Shown: positions 1-10,502, counted from the stretch's first letter. The stretch: 64,000 nucleotides of DNA from an uncultured Amnibacterium sp. (GCF_964244015.1 NZ_CAXTHO010000001.1:4364-68363); one strand, 5' to 3'. Numbers and translations are program-made. Notes: a model not told the origin generated them from the letters alone.

Positions 1-33
1 CGGGCGGCCGATCGACCCCCTCCGAGAGACACC

Positions 34-483
34 GTGCAGATCCCGTACTTCGCCGCGAACCAGAACCTCGTGTTCGTCCCAGCACTGCTGGTGCTGCTCG
101 TGGCGACCGTGCTGGCGTGCCTGCCGATCATCTTCGGCCCCGGGCTCCGGAGGTCGAAGCGCCGCACGCCCCTCCTGGTCGTCGACGGCGTGGTCGTGAT
201 CGTGCTGCTCGTCGGCACGGCGCTGCTCGCGGTGACCGGGTTCCGCACGCTCGGCGACGAGCGGGCGGACCTGCAGGCGCAGATCCAGCAGCGCTACGAC
301 GTCGAGCTGAACGCGGGACAGGTGGGCGAGCTCGTCGACGGCGGCAGGCCGCTCGTGCCGCTGCCCGCGCAGGCCGCGGCCGCGGGACTCGACCCGACGA
401 AGGACCAGGCGCTGCGGCTCGTCCCGGAGACGACCGACACCTACGTGCTCACCATCGGCGGGAAGCCGTGGCCCGCGAGCTGA
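34..483 (+). CDS. Hypothetical membrane protein (2 TM)
   Basis: 149-aa ORF with two hydrophobic stretches and host-like codon usage; convergent with the next gene. Confidence 0.6.
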   Translation: MQIPYFAANQNLVFVPALLVLLVATVLACLPIIFGPGLRRSKRRTPLLVVDGVVVIVLLVGTALLAVTGFRTLGDERADLQAQIQQRYDVELNAGQVGELVDGGRPLVPLPAQAAAAGLDPTKDQALRLVPETTDTYVLTIGGKPWPAS

Positions 484-493
484 CCGGCGTCGC

Positions 494-1228
494 TCAGGCG
501 TAGTCGCTCGAGTACCGTTCGAAGGCCTCGTCGATCGGGCCGTCGTACTGCAGCTTGCCGCTGTCGAGGTACAGCCCACGGGTGCAGAACCGCTGCAGGT
601 CGCCGTCGCTGTGCGAGACGAAGAACAGGGTCCTGCCCTCGGCGAGCATCTCCTCGATGCGGGCGTAGCACTTGCGCCGGAACGTGCGGTCACCGACCGC
701 GAGCACCTCGTCCACGAGCAGGATCGGCTCGTCCAGCCGCGAGACGACCGCGAACGCGACGCGGACCCGCATCCCGCTCGACAGGTGCTTGTAGGGGGTG
801 TCGACGAAGTCCTTCACCTCCGCGAACGCGATGATGTCGTCGAACTCGTCGTCCACCTGGGCCTTCGACACCCCGTGCAGACCGGCGGCGAGGTACACGT
901 TGTCGCGCACCGACAGGTCGTCCACGAACCCGCCGGTGATCTCGATCAGCGGCGCGACGCCCTTACGGACCTCGACGGAGCCCTCGTCGGGGATCAGCAC
1001 CTCGGCGACGATCTTCAGCAGGGTCGACTTGCCCTGCCCGTTGCGCCCGACGACGCCGATGGACTCGCCGGCCTGCACGTCGAACGTCACGTTCCGGAAC
1101 GCCCAGAACTGGTCCGGGACGCGGCGGCGCTCGGCGGCGGAGAAGCGGTCCTTGAGCGAGAGCTTGCGGCCCTTGTCCCTCGCGAAGCGGATCCCGATGT
1201 CGTCGACGGAGATGACCGGCAGCGCCAT
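494..1228 (-). CDS. ABC transporter ATP-binding protein, Wzt/TagH-like polysaccharide export
   Basis: Start MALPVISVDD; Walker A GRNGQGKST, signature LSSGM, Walker B ILLVDEV; ATG overlaps the upstream stop (TGATG). Confidence 0.9.
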   Translation of the reverse strand: MALPVISVDDIGIRFARDKGRKLSLKDRFSAAERRRVPDQFWAFRNVTFDVQAGESIGVVGRNGQGKSTLLKIVAEVLIPDEGSVEVRKGVAPLIEITGGFVDDLSVRDNVYLAAGLHGVSKAQVDDEFDDIIAFAEVKDFVDTPYKHLSSGMRVRVAFAVVSRLDEPILLVDEVLAVGDRTFRRKCYARIEEMLAEGRTLFFVSHSDGDLQRFCTRGLYLDSGKLQYDGPIDEAFERYSSDYA

Positions 1229-2049
1229 CAGATCTCCTTCAGCACGCGGGGGATGGCGCGGCGGAACACGACGGAGCCGATCGTGAAGAAGATCACGGAC
1301 ACGACCGTGCCCTCGACGACGTAGACCCAGTCGACGATGTCGGGGAAGAAGCAGCCCCGGTAGAGGTCGAGGATCCCGGCGATCGGGTTCAGGCCGTAGA
1401 GGAAGTGCAGGACCGGGTTGCCGATGTTCAGGTGGTACAGCACCGGGGCGCCGTAGAACAGCAGGCGGACACCGAGCTTCACGACCCGCTCGAGGTCGCG
1501 GTAGATGACCGCGAGCGGCGCGATGATGAAGTTGCAGCCGATGGTGAGCAGGATCTGCAGCGCGATCGCGAGGGGCAGGTAGATCACCGTCAGCGGGCTC
1601 GGGGCCGTCAGGTTGATCAGTGCGAAGAACACGATGATCGTGAGGCTGATCAGGAACTCGATGCCCTTGGAGGCGATCTGCCGCAGCACCCAGATGCTGC
1701 GGGGGATCTTCACCGAACGGATCAGCTTCCCCTCCTGCCGGAACGCCTTCGTGGCGTCCGTCAGGTTGCCGTTGAACCAGGTCCAGGGCAGCACGGCGCT
1801 CAGCAGGAAGAGGATGTACGGATCCTCTTCGACGCCGCCGCGCTGGAAGATCAGCCCGAACACGACGTAGTAGATCAGCCCCATCAGCAGGGGGTCGAGG
1901 ATCGACCACACGTAGCCGAGCGCGCTCGTGGTGTAGCGGACCTTCAGGTCGCGGGTCGTCAGCAGCCACAGCGCCTGGCGGTAGCGGAACCAGTACGTCG
2001 TGCGCTTCGCCGGATGGGCGGCGCGTGGCGCGGAGACGGCGGTGGTCAC
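1228..2049 (-). CDS. ABC-2 permease, Wzm/TagG-like
   Basis: RDLKVRY..SALGYVWSILDPLL and RDLE motifs; about 6 TM; coupled to the ATPase gene. Confidence 0.9.
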   Translation of the reverse strand: MTTAVSAPRAAHPAKRTTYWFRYRQALWLLTTRDLKVRYTTSALGYVWSILDPLLMGLIYYVVFGLIFQRGGVEEDPYILFLLSAVLPWTWFNGNLTDATKAFRQEGKLIRSVKIPRSIWVLRQIASKGIEFLISLTIIVFFALINLTAPSPLTVIYLPLAIALQILLTIGCNFIIAPLAVIYRDLERVVKLGVRLLFYGAPVLYHLNIGNPVLHFLYGLNPIAGILDLYRGCFFPDIVDWVYVVEGTVVSVIFFTIGSVVFRRAIPRVLKEI

Positions 2050-2192
2050 AGAGACGGTCCTCGAGGCGGCGGATCGGGGTGGGGCGGGCGGCCGCCGCGC
2101 CGGACGTTCATGCTAATCGACGTGCCGAACGGTGCACGATGCCACGCGGCCGGTACCGCCACTGCGGGGACTCGGTCGATACAGTCGTCAGC

Positions 2193-3068
2193 GTGACGGC
2201 GCCGAAGCTTCCCCTGACCCAATCGGAGGCGGAGGCGGGGCCGGAGGCGCGAACCGCGACCGTCGACCCGGTCGCGCCGGCTCCCGTCCCCGATGGGGAG
2301 GACGGTCCGGAGACCGTCCTCGATCTGCAGGGCCTCACGAAACGATTCGGCGACACGACCGCCGTCGACGGGATCGACCTGGCGGTGCGGGCCGGATCGT
2401 TCTACGGCATCGTCGGGCCGAACGGCGCGGGCAAGACGACGACGCTGTCGATGGTCACCGGGCTGCTGCGTCCCGACGGCGGTCGGGTGCTGGTGCACGG
2501 CATCGACGTGTGGGCGGAGCCGGACCGCGCGAAGCGCGCGATCGGCGTGCTGCCCGACGCGCTGCGGCTGTTCGACCGGCTCTCCGGCGCGCAGCTCCTG
2601 CACTACTCGGGCGTGCTCCGCGGGTTGGACGCGGCCACCGTGCGCCAGCGCACCGCGGATCTCGTCGCGGCGTTCGGCCTGGAGGACGCGACCGGTCGTC
2701 TCGTCGCCGACTACTCGGCGGGCATGACGAAGAAGATCGCGCTCGCCGCGGCGATGATCCACTCGCCGCGGCTCCTGGTGCTCGACGAGCCGTTCGAGTC
2801 CGTCGACCCGGTATCGGCGGCGAACATCGTCGAGATCCTGCAGCGCTACGTGGCCGCGGGCGGCACGGTCGTGCTGTCCAGCCACGGCATGGACCTGATC
2901 CAGCGGGTCTGCGACCACGTCGCCGTGATCGTCGGCGGCAGGGTGCTGGCGGCGGGCACCACCGACGAGGTCCGCGGCCGCGAGTCGCTGGAGGAGCGCT
3001 TCGTCTCGCTCGCCGGCGGCCGTCGTGCCGCGGCCGGCATGGAGTGGCTGCACTCCTTCGCCGAGTGA
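2193..3068 (+). CDS. ABC transporter ATP-binding protein
   Basis: GPNGAGKTT, YSAGM, LLVLDEPFE; GTG start at 2193 is my choice and is uncertain. Confidence 0.85.
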   Translation: MTAPKLPLTQSEAEAGPEARTATVDPVAPAPVPDGEDGPETVLDLQGLTKRFGDTTAVDGIDLAVRAGSFYGIVGPNGAGKTTTLSMVTGLLRPDGGRVLVHGIDVWAEPDRAKRAIGVLPDALRLFDRLSGAQLLHYSGVLRGLDAATVRQRTADLVAAFGLEDATGRLVADYSAGMTKKIALAAAMIHSPRLLVLDEPFESVDPVSAANIVEILQRYVAAGGTVVLSSHGMDLIQRVCDHVAVIVGGRVLAAGTTDEVRGRESLEERFVSLAGGRRAAAGMEWLHSFAE

Positions 3069-3078
3069 CGGCCGCCGG

Positions 3079-4656
3079 ATGCTCCCCGTGACCGCGGTGC
3101 TCGTGCGGCTGAAGCTGCGCCTGCTGGTGAACCAGTTCCGGCGCAGCCCCTGGCAGGTGGTCGGGCTCGTGCTCGCCCTGCTCTACGGCACGGGCATCAC
3201 GGTCGCGCTCGTCGCGATGCTGGTGGCGCTCCGGTTCGCCCCCCTCCAGCTCGCCACCTCGGTCACGGTCGGGTTCGGCTCGGTCGCCGTGCTCGCGTTC
3301 CTCGTCGTGCCGGTGTTCGTCGGCATCGACGACACCCTGGATCCGCGCCGGTTCGCGCTGCTCGGCGTCGAGCGCACGCGGCTCGCGGTCGGCCTCGCGA
3401 TCGCGGCGATCGTCGGGGTCCCGGGGTTCGCGCTGCTGCTCGTCGCGTTCGCCGCCGTCGCGACCTGGTCCCGTACGCCGGGGGCCGCGCTGGTCGCCCT
3501 GATCTGCGCGCCGTGCATCGTGCTCACCTGCGTGCTGCTGTCCAGGATCGGTGCCGCGACCGCCGGGCTGCTGCTCTCGACGCGGCGCGCCAGGGAGGCC
3601 GTCGCGGCAGTGCTCGTGATCGGCATCACCCTCCTGGCACCGCTCATCGTGCTGCTGACCAACGTCGACCTCGGGCGCCGGGCGCTGGAGGGGATCGGCG
3701 ACGTCATCGCCGTCCTCGGCTGGACGCCGCTCGGTGCCGCGTGGGCCGCGCCGGCGAGCCTCGCGGCCGGGCGGGCCGCCGGGATCGCGCAGCTCGCGAT
3801 CGCGGTCGCCACGGTCGTGGTGCTCGGGGCCGTGTGGCGGGCCGTCGTCGGCACGGCGCTCGTCTCGACCGGCCGGCGGGCGAAGCCGCAGACGCTCGCC
3901 GGGATCGGCTGGTTCGGGCGGCTGCCCGCCACACCGCGCGGTGCGATCGCGGCCCGCGCCGCCTCCTACTGGGCGCGCGACGTGCGCTACCGCGTCAGCG
4001 TGATCAGCATCCCGGTCACACCGATCGTCCTCGTCCTGGTGCTGGGCCTGGCCGGCGTCCCCGGCTCGCTGCTCGCGCTGATCCCGGTGCCGATCGTGGC
4101 GCTGTTCATCGGGTGGGCGAGCCACAACGACATCGCGTACGACCACACGGCGATCTGGCTGCACGTCGCGGCCGGCGTGCGGGGGATCGACGACCGCATC
4201 GGCCGCCTCGCGCCGGTGCTCGTCGCCGGGCTGCCGCTCCTGATCGCGGGGTCTTTCGTGAGCGCCGCGATCGCCGGCCGACCCGTGCTGGCGGCCGCGT
4301 TGATCGGCGTCTCGGTCTGCCTCCTGCTCGCCGGGATGGGCATCGGCGGCGTCAGCTCCGCGCTGATGCCGTACCCGGTGCCGCGGCCCGGGTCGTCGCC
4401 GTTCCAGCAGCCGAACTCCACCGGCGGGCTCGCCGCGCTCGTGCAGTCGCTGCTGTTCCTGCTGCAGCTGATCGTCACCGCGCCGGCGATCGTGCTGGCC
4501 GTGCTCGCCTACCAGGGGTCGTCGAGCTGGGCGTGGGCGGCGCTCGGAGCCGGTGCGGGGATCGGGCTCGTCGTGTTCTGGTGGGGGACCGTCGCCGGAG
4601 GTCGCGTGTTCGAACGACGCGGGCCCGAGCTGCTCGCGGCGGCGCTGCGCGCCTGA
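3079..4656 (+). CDS. ABC-2 type permease, multi-TM
   Basis: Highly hydrophobic ~525-aa ORF directly after the ATPase gene; DDTLDPRRFAL motif. Confidence 0.8.
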   Translation: MLPVTAVLVRLKLRLLVNQFRRSPWQVVGLVLALLYGTGITVALVAMLVALRFAPLQLATSVTVGFGSVAVLAFLVVPVFVGIDDTLDPRRFALLGVERTRLAVGLAIAAIVGVPGFALLLVAFAAVATWSRTPGAALVALICAPCIVLTCVLLSRIGAATAGLLLSTRRAREAVAAVLVIGITLLAPLIVLLTNVDLGRRALEGIGDVIAVLGWTPLGAAWAAPASLAAGRAAGIAQLAIAVATVVVLGAVWRAVVGTALVSTGRRAKPQTLAGIGWFGRLPATPRGAIAARAASYWARDVRYRVSVISIPVTPIVLVLVLGLAGVPGSLLALIPVPIVALFIGWASHNDIAYDHTAIWLHVAAGVRGIDDRIGRLAPVLVAGLPLLIAGSFVSAAIAGRPVLAAALIGVSVCLLLAGMGIGGVSSALMPYPVPRPGSSPFQQPNSTGGLAALVQSLLFLLQLIVTAPAIVLAVLAYQGSSSWAWAALGAGAGIGLVVFWWGTVAGGRVFERRGPELLAAALRA

Positions 4657-4701
4657 TCCTGGCGGACCGCGCCCCCATCGCCTGTTCGGCGCCTTACCCT
4701 T

Positions 4702-4971
4702 GTGCGCATGGCGCGCGACTCCGTGACGGATCCCGGTGGTGGCACCTCCACCCTCGACCGCGAGCTCGAAGAGCTGCTGAACGGCGAGGTCACCGAGGAC
4801 GGCGACCACGACCGCTTCTCGCACTACGTGCAGAAGGAGAAGATCGTCGAGTCGGCCGTCACCGGCAAGCCGGTGCGGGCGCTCTGCGGCAAGGTGTGGG
4901 TGCCGGGCCGCGATCCCGAGAAGTTCCCGATCTGCCCCGACTGCAAGAAGATCTACGACCGCCTCCGCTAG
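4702..4971 (+). CDS. DUF3039 family protein
   Basis: GDHDRFSHYV.KEKIVESAVTGKPVRALCGKVW and FPICPDCKKIY. Confidence 0.85.
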   Translation: MRMARDSVTDPGGGTSTLDRELEELLNGEVTEDGDHDRFSHYVQKEKIVESAVTGKPVRALCGKVWVPGRDPEKFPICPDCKKIYDRLR

Positions 4972-4973
4972 TA

Positions 4974-5035
4974 GATTTCACCTTTACGGAGTTTTGGCGG
5001 GGCGAAGCCAGCCAAAACTCCGTAAAGATGAAATC
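4974..5035. terminator. 25-bp inverted repeat between convergent genes (bidirectional terminator or REP-like)
   Basis: GATTTCACCTTTACGGAGTTTTGGC, 12-nt loop, GCCAAAACTCCGTAAAGATGAAATC; one mismatch. Confidence 0.75.
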
Positions 5036-5038
5036 AGC

Positions 5039-6334
5039 TCAGACCAGGACGGTCGGGATGGCCGGGTCGCCGCCCGAGAGACGCCTCGCGTCGGCAGGCA
5101 GCTCCGCGATCACGTGGGCATGGTGCGCCCGCGCAGCGCGCGCCCCCTCCGCGCCGAGGTACTCGGCCCACGGGATCCCGCCGACCACGAGCGGCACGAC
5201 CAGATCGCGGGCGTCGGCCACGTGCGGCTGCTCGTCGGTCACGACGATGCGCTCCTCCACCGCGACGCCCTCCTCCAGACGACGGAACGCCCACTTCCTG
5301 CCGCCGTTCCCGGCCTTCTCCGCTGACTTCTTCGCGACGGCGCGCATCGTGCCGTCCTCGTCGGCCCGCTCCACGAGCTTGTAGACGAAGCCGGCGGTCG
5401 GATAGCCGGAGCCCCCGACGAGCCGGGTGCCCGCGCCGAAGGAGTCGACGGGGGAGGCGGCGAGCCCGGCGATCGCGTACTCGTCGAGGTCGTTCGTCAC
5501 GGTGATCGTGGTGCTGGTCGCGCCGAGTGCGTCCAGACGGTCCCGCACCGCCTGCACGACGACCGGCAGGTCCCCGGAGTCGATCCGCACCGCGCCCAGC
5601 TCGGATCCCGCGATGCGGACCGCCGTCTCGACGGCGGCCATGACGTCGTAGGTGTCGATCAGCAGCGTCGTGCCCGTGCCCATCGCGTCGATCTGCGCGC
5701 GGAAGGCGCCCTCCTCGGTGTCGTGCAGCAGGGTGAACGCGTGCGCGGCGGTCCCCATCGTGGGCACGCCCCAGCGCCGGCCCGCCTCCAGATTCGAGGT
5801 CGCGCCGAACCCGGCGATCCACGCAGCCCGCGCGGCCGAGACCGCGGCGTGCTCCTGGGTCCGCCGCGAGCCCATCTCCGCGATCGGTCGTCCGTTCGCT
5901 GCTGACACCATCCGCGCCGCGGCCGTCGCGATCGCGCTGTCGGCGTTCAGGATGCTGAGGATCAGCGTCTCGAGGATCACCGCCTCCGCGAACGTGCCCT
6001 CGACGGTGAGCACGGGGGAGGTGGGGAAGTAGACGTCGCCCTCCCGGTAGCCGCTGATCGAGCCGCCGAAGCGGTAGTCGGCCAGCCAGTCGATCGTGGT
6101 CGGCGACACGACGCGCTCCGCCGCCAGCCACTCGAGCTCGTCCGCGCCGAAGCGGAAGCGCTCGACCGCCTCCAACACGCGTCCGGTCCCGGCGAGCACC
6201 CCGTAGCGGCGGCCACCCGAGAGCCGGCGCGAGAACACCTCGAACACGCTCGGCCTCTGCGCGGTGCCGTCGCGGAGCGCCGCGTCCAGCATCGTGAGCT
6301 CGTACCGGTCGGTCAGCAGGGCCGTGCTCGTCAC
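5039..6334 (-). CDS. pncB: Nicotinate phosphoribosyltransferase
   Basis: LLTDRYELTM, EMGSRR, GTAAHAF, LLIDTYD and VRIDSGD motifs. Confidence 0.95.
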   Translation of the reverse strand: MTSTALLTDRYELTMLDAALRDGTAQRPSVFEVFSRRLSGGRRYGVLAGTGRVLEAVERFRFGADELEWLAAERVVSPTTIDWLADYRFGGSISGYREGDVYFPTSPVLTVEGTFAEAVILETLILSILNADSAIATAAARMVSAANGRPIAEMGSRRTQEHAAVSAARAAWIAGFGATSNLEAGRRWGVPTMGTAAHAFTLLHDTEEGAFRAQIDAMGTGTTLLIDTYDVMAAVETAVRIAGSELGAVRIDSGDLPVVVQAVRDRLDALGATSTTITVTNDLDEYAIAGLAASPVDSFGAGTRLVGGSGYPTAGFVYKLVERADEDGTMRAVAKKSAEKAGNGGRKWAFRRLEEGVAVEERIVVTDEQPHVADARDLVVPLVVGGIPWAEYLGAEGARAARAHHAHVIAELPADARRLSGGDPAIPTVLV

Positions 6335-6361
6335 CGCAGCAGCCTAGGGACCGCCGCCGAA

Positions 6362-6401
6362 CTCTCCGTTTTGTAGGAAGGTCCTTCCTACAAACGGAGA
6401 G
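6362..6401. repeat. REP-like palindrome, copy 1
   Basis: CTCTCCGTTTTGTAGGAAGG-T-CCTTCCTACAAACGGAGAG; near-identical copy at 57050-57086. Confidence 0.75.
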
Positions 6402-6534
6402 TCCCCCTCCTTCTGGGGCCTGCAGCGGACGGAGGCGGGTCCGTAGGGTGATCGGACGCCCGGTCACCCAGCCGAGCCCCCGCGCGGTCACCCAGCCGAC
6501 GCGGTTCCCCTCCCGCCCGGAAGGTCCCCCTCCG

Positions 6535-6687
6535 ATGGTCCGCACCCAGGACGTCGTTCTCCTCGTCGCGCAGTCGCGCGACCTGCTCCCGTTCGATCTG
6601 CTGCCCGCCGGCGTCGTCGCCGTCGTGCTCGTCGCCTTCGCGGTCGCGCTCATCGCCGTCTCGGTCCGCCGCCGCGACGCCGACTGA
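6535..6687 (+). CDS. Small single-TM hypothetical protein
   Basis: [10 protein letters not shown]...hydrophobic helix then RRRD; start uncertain (ORF track starts at 6448). Confidence 0.45.
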   Translation: MVRTQDVVLLVAQSRDLLPFDLLPAGVVAVVLVAFAVALIAVSVRRRDAD

Positions 6688-6721
6688 GGCGCACCGCCGG
6701 GGGCACGTAAGCTCTCCGGCC

Positions 6722-7582
6722 GTGACGGACGCGCCGATCGGGGTCTTCGATTCCGGGGTCGGCGGACTGACCGTCGCCCGCGCGATCATCGATCAGCTGC
6801 CGAACGAGTCGGTGCTCTACGTCGGGGACACCGCGCATTCCCCGTACGGGCCGAAGCCGCTCGCGGAGGTGCGTCAGTACGCCCTCGCAGTGATGGACGA
6901 CCTGGTCGCGCAGGGTGTCAAGCTGCTCGTGATCGCCTGCAACACGGCCTCCGCGGCGATGTTCCGCGACGCCCGCGAGCGGTTCACCCTCGGCGCCGGC
7001 ATCCCCGTCGTCGAGGTCGTGCTGCCCGCCGTCCGCGCGGCCAGTCGCCGCACCCGCACGAAGCGGATCGGCGTCATCGGCACCGAAGGCACCGTTCGCT
7101 CGCACGCCTACGTGGACGCCTTCGTGGCCGACCCCGGCATCACCGTCGTGCAGGCGGCCTGCCCCCGATTCGTCGAGTTCGTCGAGGCCGGCGTCACCAC
7201 CGGACCCGAGTTGATCGCGGCTGCGGAGGAGTACCTGGCACCGCTCAGGGCCGCGGACATCGACACCCTGCTGCTCGGGTGCACCCACTACCCGCTGCTG
7301 TCCGCCGCGATCCGCTGGGTGATGGGCCCCGGTGTCTCGCTCGTCTCCTCGGCCGACGAGACCGCCGCCGACGTCTACCGGCAGCTCGTCGAGCACGGAC
7401 TGCTGCGGACCGCGACCACGCCGCCGACCTACCGCTTCGAGGCGACTGGGACCAGCGAGGACGCGTTCCTGCGCCTCGCCCGCCGCTTCCTCGGCCCCGA
7501 GGTCGCGACCGTCGACCTCGTGCAGACCGGGACCATCCCCATTCCGATCACTGCGCTTCCGACAACTGGAGACCCGAGATGA
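6722..7582 (+). CDS. murI: Glutamate racemase
   Basis: [20 protein letters not shown] and LGCTHYP motifs. Confidence 0.97.
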   Translation: MTDAPIGVFDSGVGGLTVARAIIDQLPNESVLYVGDTAHSPYGPKPLAEVRQYALAVMDDLVAQGVKLLVIACNTASAAMFRDARERFTLGAGIPVVEVVLPAVRAASRRTRTKRIGVIGTEGTVRSHAYVDAFVADPGITVVQAACPRFVEFVEAGVTTGPELIAAAEEYLAPLRAADIDTLLLGCTHYPLLSAAIRWVMGPGVSLVSSADETAADVYRQLVEHGLLRTATTPPTYRFEATGTSEDAFLRLARRFLGPEVATVDLVQTGTIPIPITALPTTGDPR

Positions 7583-8313
7583 CCGAACGACGCGACGGCC
7601 GCGCCACCGACGACCTCCGACCCGTGACCATCGAGCGCGGCTGGAGCACGCAGGCGGAGGGCAGCGCCCTGATCTCGTTCGGGAACACCCGCGTGCTGTG
7701 CACCGCCTCCTTCACGAACGGCGTGCCGCGGTGGCTGCAGGGCAAGGGTCGCGGCTGGGTCACCGCGGAGTACGCGATGCTCCCGCGCTCCACGAACGAC
7801 CGGATGGACCGCGAGAGCGTGAAGGGGAAGATCGGCGGACGCACGCACGAGATCTCCCGCCTGATCGGCCGGTCCCTGCGCGCGGTCGTCGACACGAAGG
7901 CGCTGGGCGAGAACACCCTCGTACTCGACTGCGACGTGCTGCAGGCGGACGGCGGCACGCGGACCGCCGCGATCACCGGCGCCTACGTCGCGATGCACGA
8001 TGCGATCGAGTGGGGGAGGCAGAAGCGGTTCATCGGCCAGAAGGCCGTGCCGCTGCTCGACTCCGTCGCCGCGGTCTCGGTCGGCATCATCGACGGCGAG
8101 CCCATGCTCGATCTGGCATATACCGAGGACGTGCGTGCCGAGACCGACATGAACGTCGTCGCGACCGGGCGCGGCCTGTTCGTGGAGGTGCAGGGCACCG
8201 CGGAGGGGGCCCCGTTCGACCGCCGCGAGCTGGACCGGCTCCTCGACCTGGCCCTGGCCGGAACCGAGCAGCTGACCGCGCTGCAGCGCGCCGCCCTGGA
8301 GGTGACGGCGTGA
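7579..8313 (+). CDS. rph: Ribonuclease PH
   Basis: [45 protein letters not shown]; ATGA overlap with murI. Confidence 0.97.
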   Translation: MTERRDGRATDDLRPVTIERGWSTQAEGSALISFGNTRVLCTASFTNGVPRWLQGKGRGWVTAEYAMLPRSTNDRMDRESVKGKIGGRTHEISRLIGRSLRAVVDTKALGENTLVLDCDVLQADGGTRTAAITGAYVAMHDAIEWGRQKRFIGQKAVPLLDSVAAVSVGIIDGEPMLDLAYTEDVRAETDMNVVATGRGLFVEVQGTAEGAPFDRRELDRLLDLALAGTEQLTALQRAALEVTA

Positions 8314-8897
8314 CGGTTCGGCCGGCCCGCATCGTGCTGGGCACCGGCAACGCGCACAAGGTCGCCGAGCTGACCGCGATCCTCGGCCCGCTGCTGCCCG
8401 GTGTCGACCTCCTCCGATCCGAGGGGCCCTCCCCGGTCGAGGACGGGGACACGTTCGAGGCGAACGCGCTGATCAAGGCGCGGGCGGCGCACCGGATCTC
8501 CGGCCTGCCGGCGATCGCCGACGACTCCGGCGTGGTCGTCGACGGGCTCGGCGGCGAGCCGGGCATCCACTCGGCGCGGTACGCGGGCACGGGATCGGAC
8601 GAGGACAACCGGAACCTGGTCCTGGAGCGCCTCGGCGATTCGGCAGACCGTTCGGCGCGCTTCGTCTGCGCCGCGGTCTACGTCGACGACGCCGTCGAGA
8701 TCGTGCGGACCGCCGTCTGGGAGGGCGCGATCCTCAGCACCTCCCGCGGCAGCGGCGGCTTCGGGTACGACCCGATCTTCGTACCGGATGGCGGAGACGG
8801 CCGCAGCGCGGGGGAGCTGACCGCCGACGAGAAGAACGCGATCAGCCACCGCGGTCTCGCGTTCCGTGCGCTCGCCGAGTCGCTCGACGCCCGCTGA
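8310..8897 (+). CDS. rdgB: Non-canonical purine NTP pyrophosphatase (RdgB/HAM1)
   Basis: [37 protein letters not shown]; GTGA overlap with rph. Confidence 0.95.
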   Translation: MTVRPARIVLGTGNAHKVAELTAILGPLLPGVDLLRSEGPSPVEDGDTFEANALIKARAAHRISGLPAIADDSGVVVDGLGGEPGIHSARYAGTGSDEDNRNLVLERLGDSADRSARFVCAAVYVDDAVEIVRTAVWEGAILSTSRGSGGFGYDPIFVPDGGDGRSAGELTADEKNAISHRGLAFRALAESLDAR

Positions 8898-8901
8898 CCG
8901 G

Positions 8902-9576
8902 TCAGTCGCGCGAGAGCGCCTCGCCCGCGGCCGCACGCTTCGCCTCGCGGTGGTTCTTCAGCACGTGGTAGAGCGTCGGCACGAGGGTGACGACGACGGC
9001 TCCGAGCAGGATGAACTCGATGTACGTCTCGACGAACATGCGGACCGGCGGGATGAACCCGATCAGGTACCCGACGAACGTGATGCCGAAGCCCCAGCCG
9101 AGGGCGCCGATCGCGTTGTACAGGCTGTATCGCCGGTAGTCCATCTTCCCGACGCCTGCCGCGATCGGGGCGAGCGTCCTGACGATGGGCACGAACCGGG
9201 CGAGGATCACGGCGAGGGGCCCGTACTTGTCGAAGAACCGGTTCGTCCGCACGACCTGCGTCTTGCTGAAGAAACCGGACTCCCGGCGTTCGAAGACGCG
9301 TGGGCCGGTCTTCTTGCCGATGTAGTACCCGAGCTCACCGCCGAGGAACGCGGAGATCGCGATCGCCGGCGCCGCGATCCAGATGCTGATCCCGAGGCCC
9401 TCCTCCGCGCTGATGCCCGTGATGAGCAGCAGCGTGTCGCCGGGGAACACGAATCCGACGAGCAGGCCCGTCTCGGCGAAGATCACGGCGCACACGATGA
9501 GCAGGCCGACGGGTCCCGCCGACTTGAGGCTGTCCGGGTCCAGGAACGGGAAGAGGGCGCTGACGGTCGTCATCAT
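8902..9576 (-). CDS. DedA/VTT family membrane protein
   Basis: FAETGLLVGFVFPGDTLL and LARFVPIVRT motifs. Confidence 0.92.
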   Translation of the reverse strand: MMTTVSALFPFLDPDSLKSAGPVGLLIVCAVIFAETGLLVGFVFPGDTLLLITGISAEEGLGISIWIAAPAIAISAFLGGELGYYIGKKTGPRVFERRESGFFSKTQVVRTNRFFDKYGPLAVILARFVPIVRTLAPIAAGVGKMDYRRYSLYNAIGALGWGFGITFVGYLIGFIPPVRMFVETYIEFILLGAVVVTLVPTLYHVLKNHREAKRAAAGEALSRD

Positions 9577-9604
9577 CCGTGTCCCTCCGCCACCGTCCCG
9601 GCAG

Positions 9605-9684
9605 TGCGGGAAGAGGGACTCGAACCCTCACGCCGAAGCACAGGAACCTAAATCCTGCGTGTCTGCCAATTCCACCACTCCCGC
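9605..9684 (-). tRNA. tRNA-Leu(TAG)
   Basis: Reverse complement GCGGGAGTGGTGGAATTGGCAGACACGCAGGATTTAGGTTCCTGTGCTTCGGCGTGAGGGTTCGAGTCCCTCTTCCCGCA; anticodon arm CAGGA-TTTAGGT-TCCTG; long variable arm. Confidence 0.95.
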
Positions 9685-9893
9685 CGGCAGCGCGCCCACT
9701 CTATCTGTCGGGCGCGACCGTGCGGGGACCTCGGGCCACAGGGACAGCGACGGCGACCGTCGCTTGGTAGTCGTCACCGACGTGCGGTCGGTCGACCTAC
9801 CGCGCGGCGGTCGGGACACCGCGCCACGCCCTCGGGAACGGCGCCTGTGGAGAACCGGCGACCTCGTCGGCGCCGGATCGGCACACTGAGGTC

Positions 9894-10502
9894 ATGACCG
9901 ATCCGGTGCGGGTGATCGCGGATTCCGTGCGATCGCGAGCGAGACGCGGGACCCTCGGCCCGAGCCCCGGCTCCGCGGTGCAGGAGGAGCTGCGCTCGTA
10001 CGCCGAGCACGCGTTCGCCTCCGACGCGCCGCTCATCGCGGACGAGCGCCGGGCGGAGCGGCAGATCGTCGCCGATCTGACCGGATTCGGCCAGCTGCAG
10101 CCGCTGCTCGACGACCCGACGATCGAGGAGATCTGGGTCAACGCCCCGACCCGCGTGTTCGTGGCGCGCGGCGGCATCAGCGAGCTCACGCCGATCGTGC
10201 TGGGGGAGCAGGAGGTGCGCGACCTCGTCGAGCGGATGCTCGTGTCGAGCGGCCGCAGAGTCGATCTCGCGTCGCCGTTCGTCGACGCCTCCCTGCCAGA
10301 CGGCTCCCGCCTGCACGTCGTCGTGCCCGACGTCACGCGGCGGCACTGGTCGGTGAACATCCGGAAGTTCTCCGACCGCGTGACCACCCTCGACGCGCTC
10401 GTCGGTCTCGGCTCCGTCCCTCCTGCCGCCGCCGCCTTCCTCACCGCGGCGATGCTCGCGGGGCTGAACGTGCTCGTCTCCGGCGCCACGCAGGCGGGCA
10501 AG
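9894..10502 (+). pseudogene. cpaF: Tad/Flp pilus ATPase CpaF/TadA, 5' part, interrupted in Walker A
   Basis: GFGQLQPLLDDPTIEEIWVN, VDASLPDGSRLHVV and NIRKF; ends LVSGATQAGK, after which similarity stops. Confidence 0.92.

Noticed and set aside
2455-4824. Long antisense or alternate-frame ORFs (e.g. 2455-4824, 33883-35637, 56324-59668, 58131-59948)
   Set aside because: Arg/Pro/Gly-rich shadow ORFs typical of high-GC DNA, overlapping well-supported genes
9605-9684. tRNA-Leu as the island's integration site
   Set aside because: It lies about 800 bp outside the junction, no duplicated 3' end was found, and the att sites map inside cpaF
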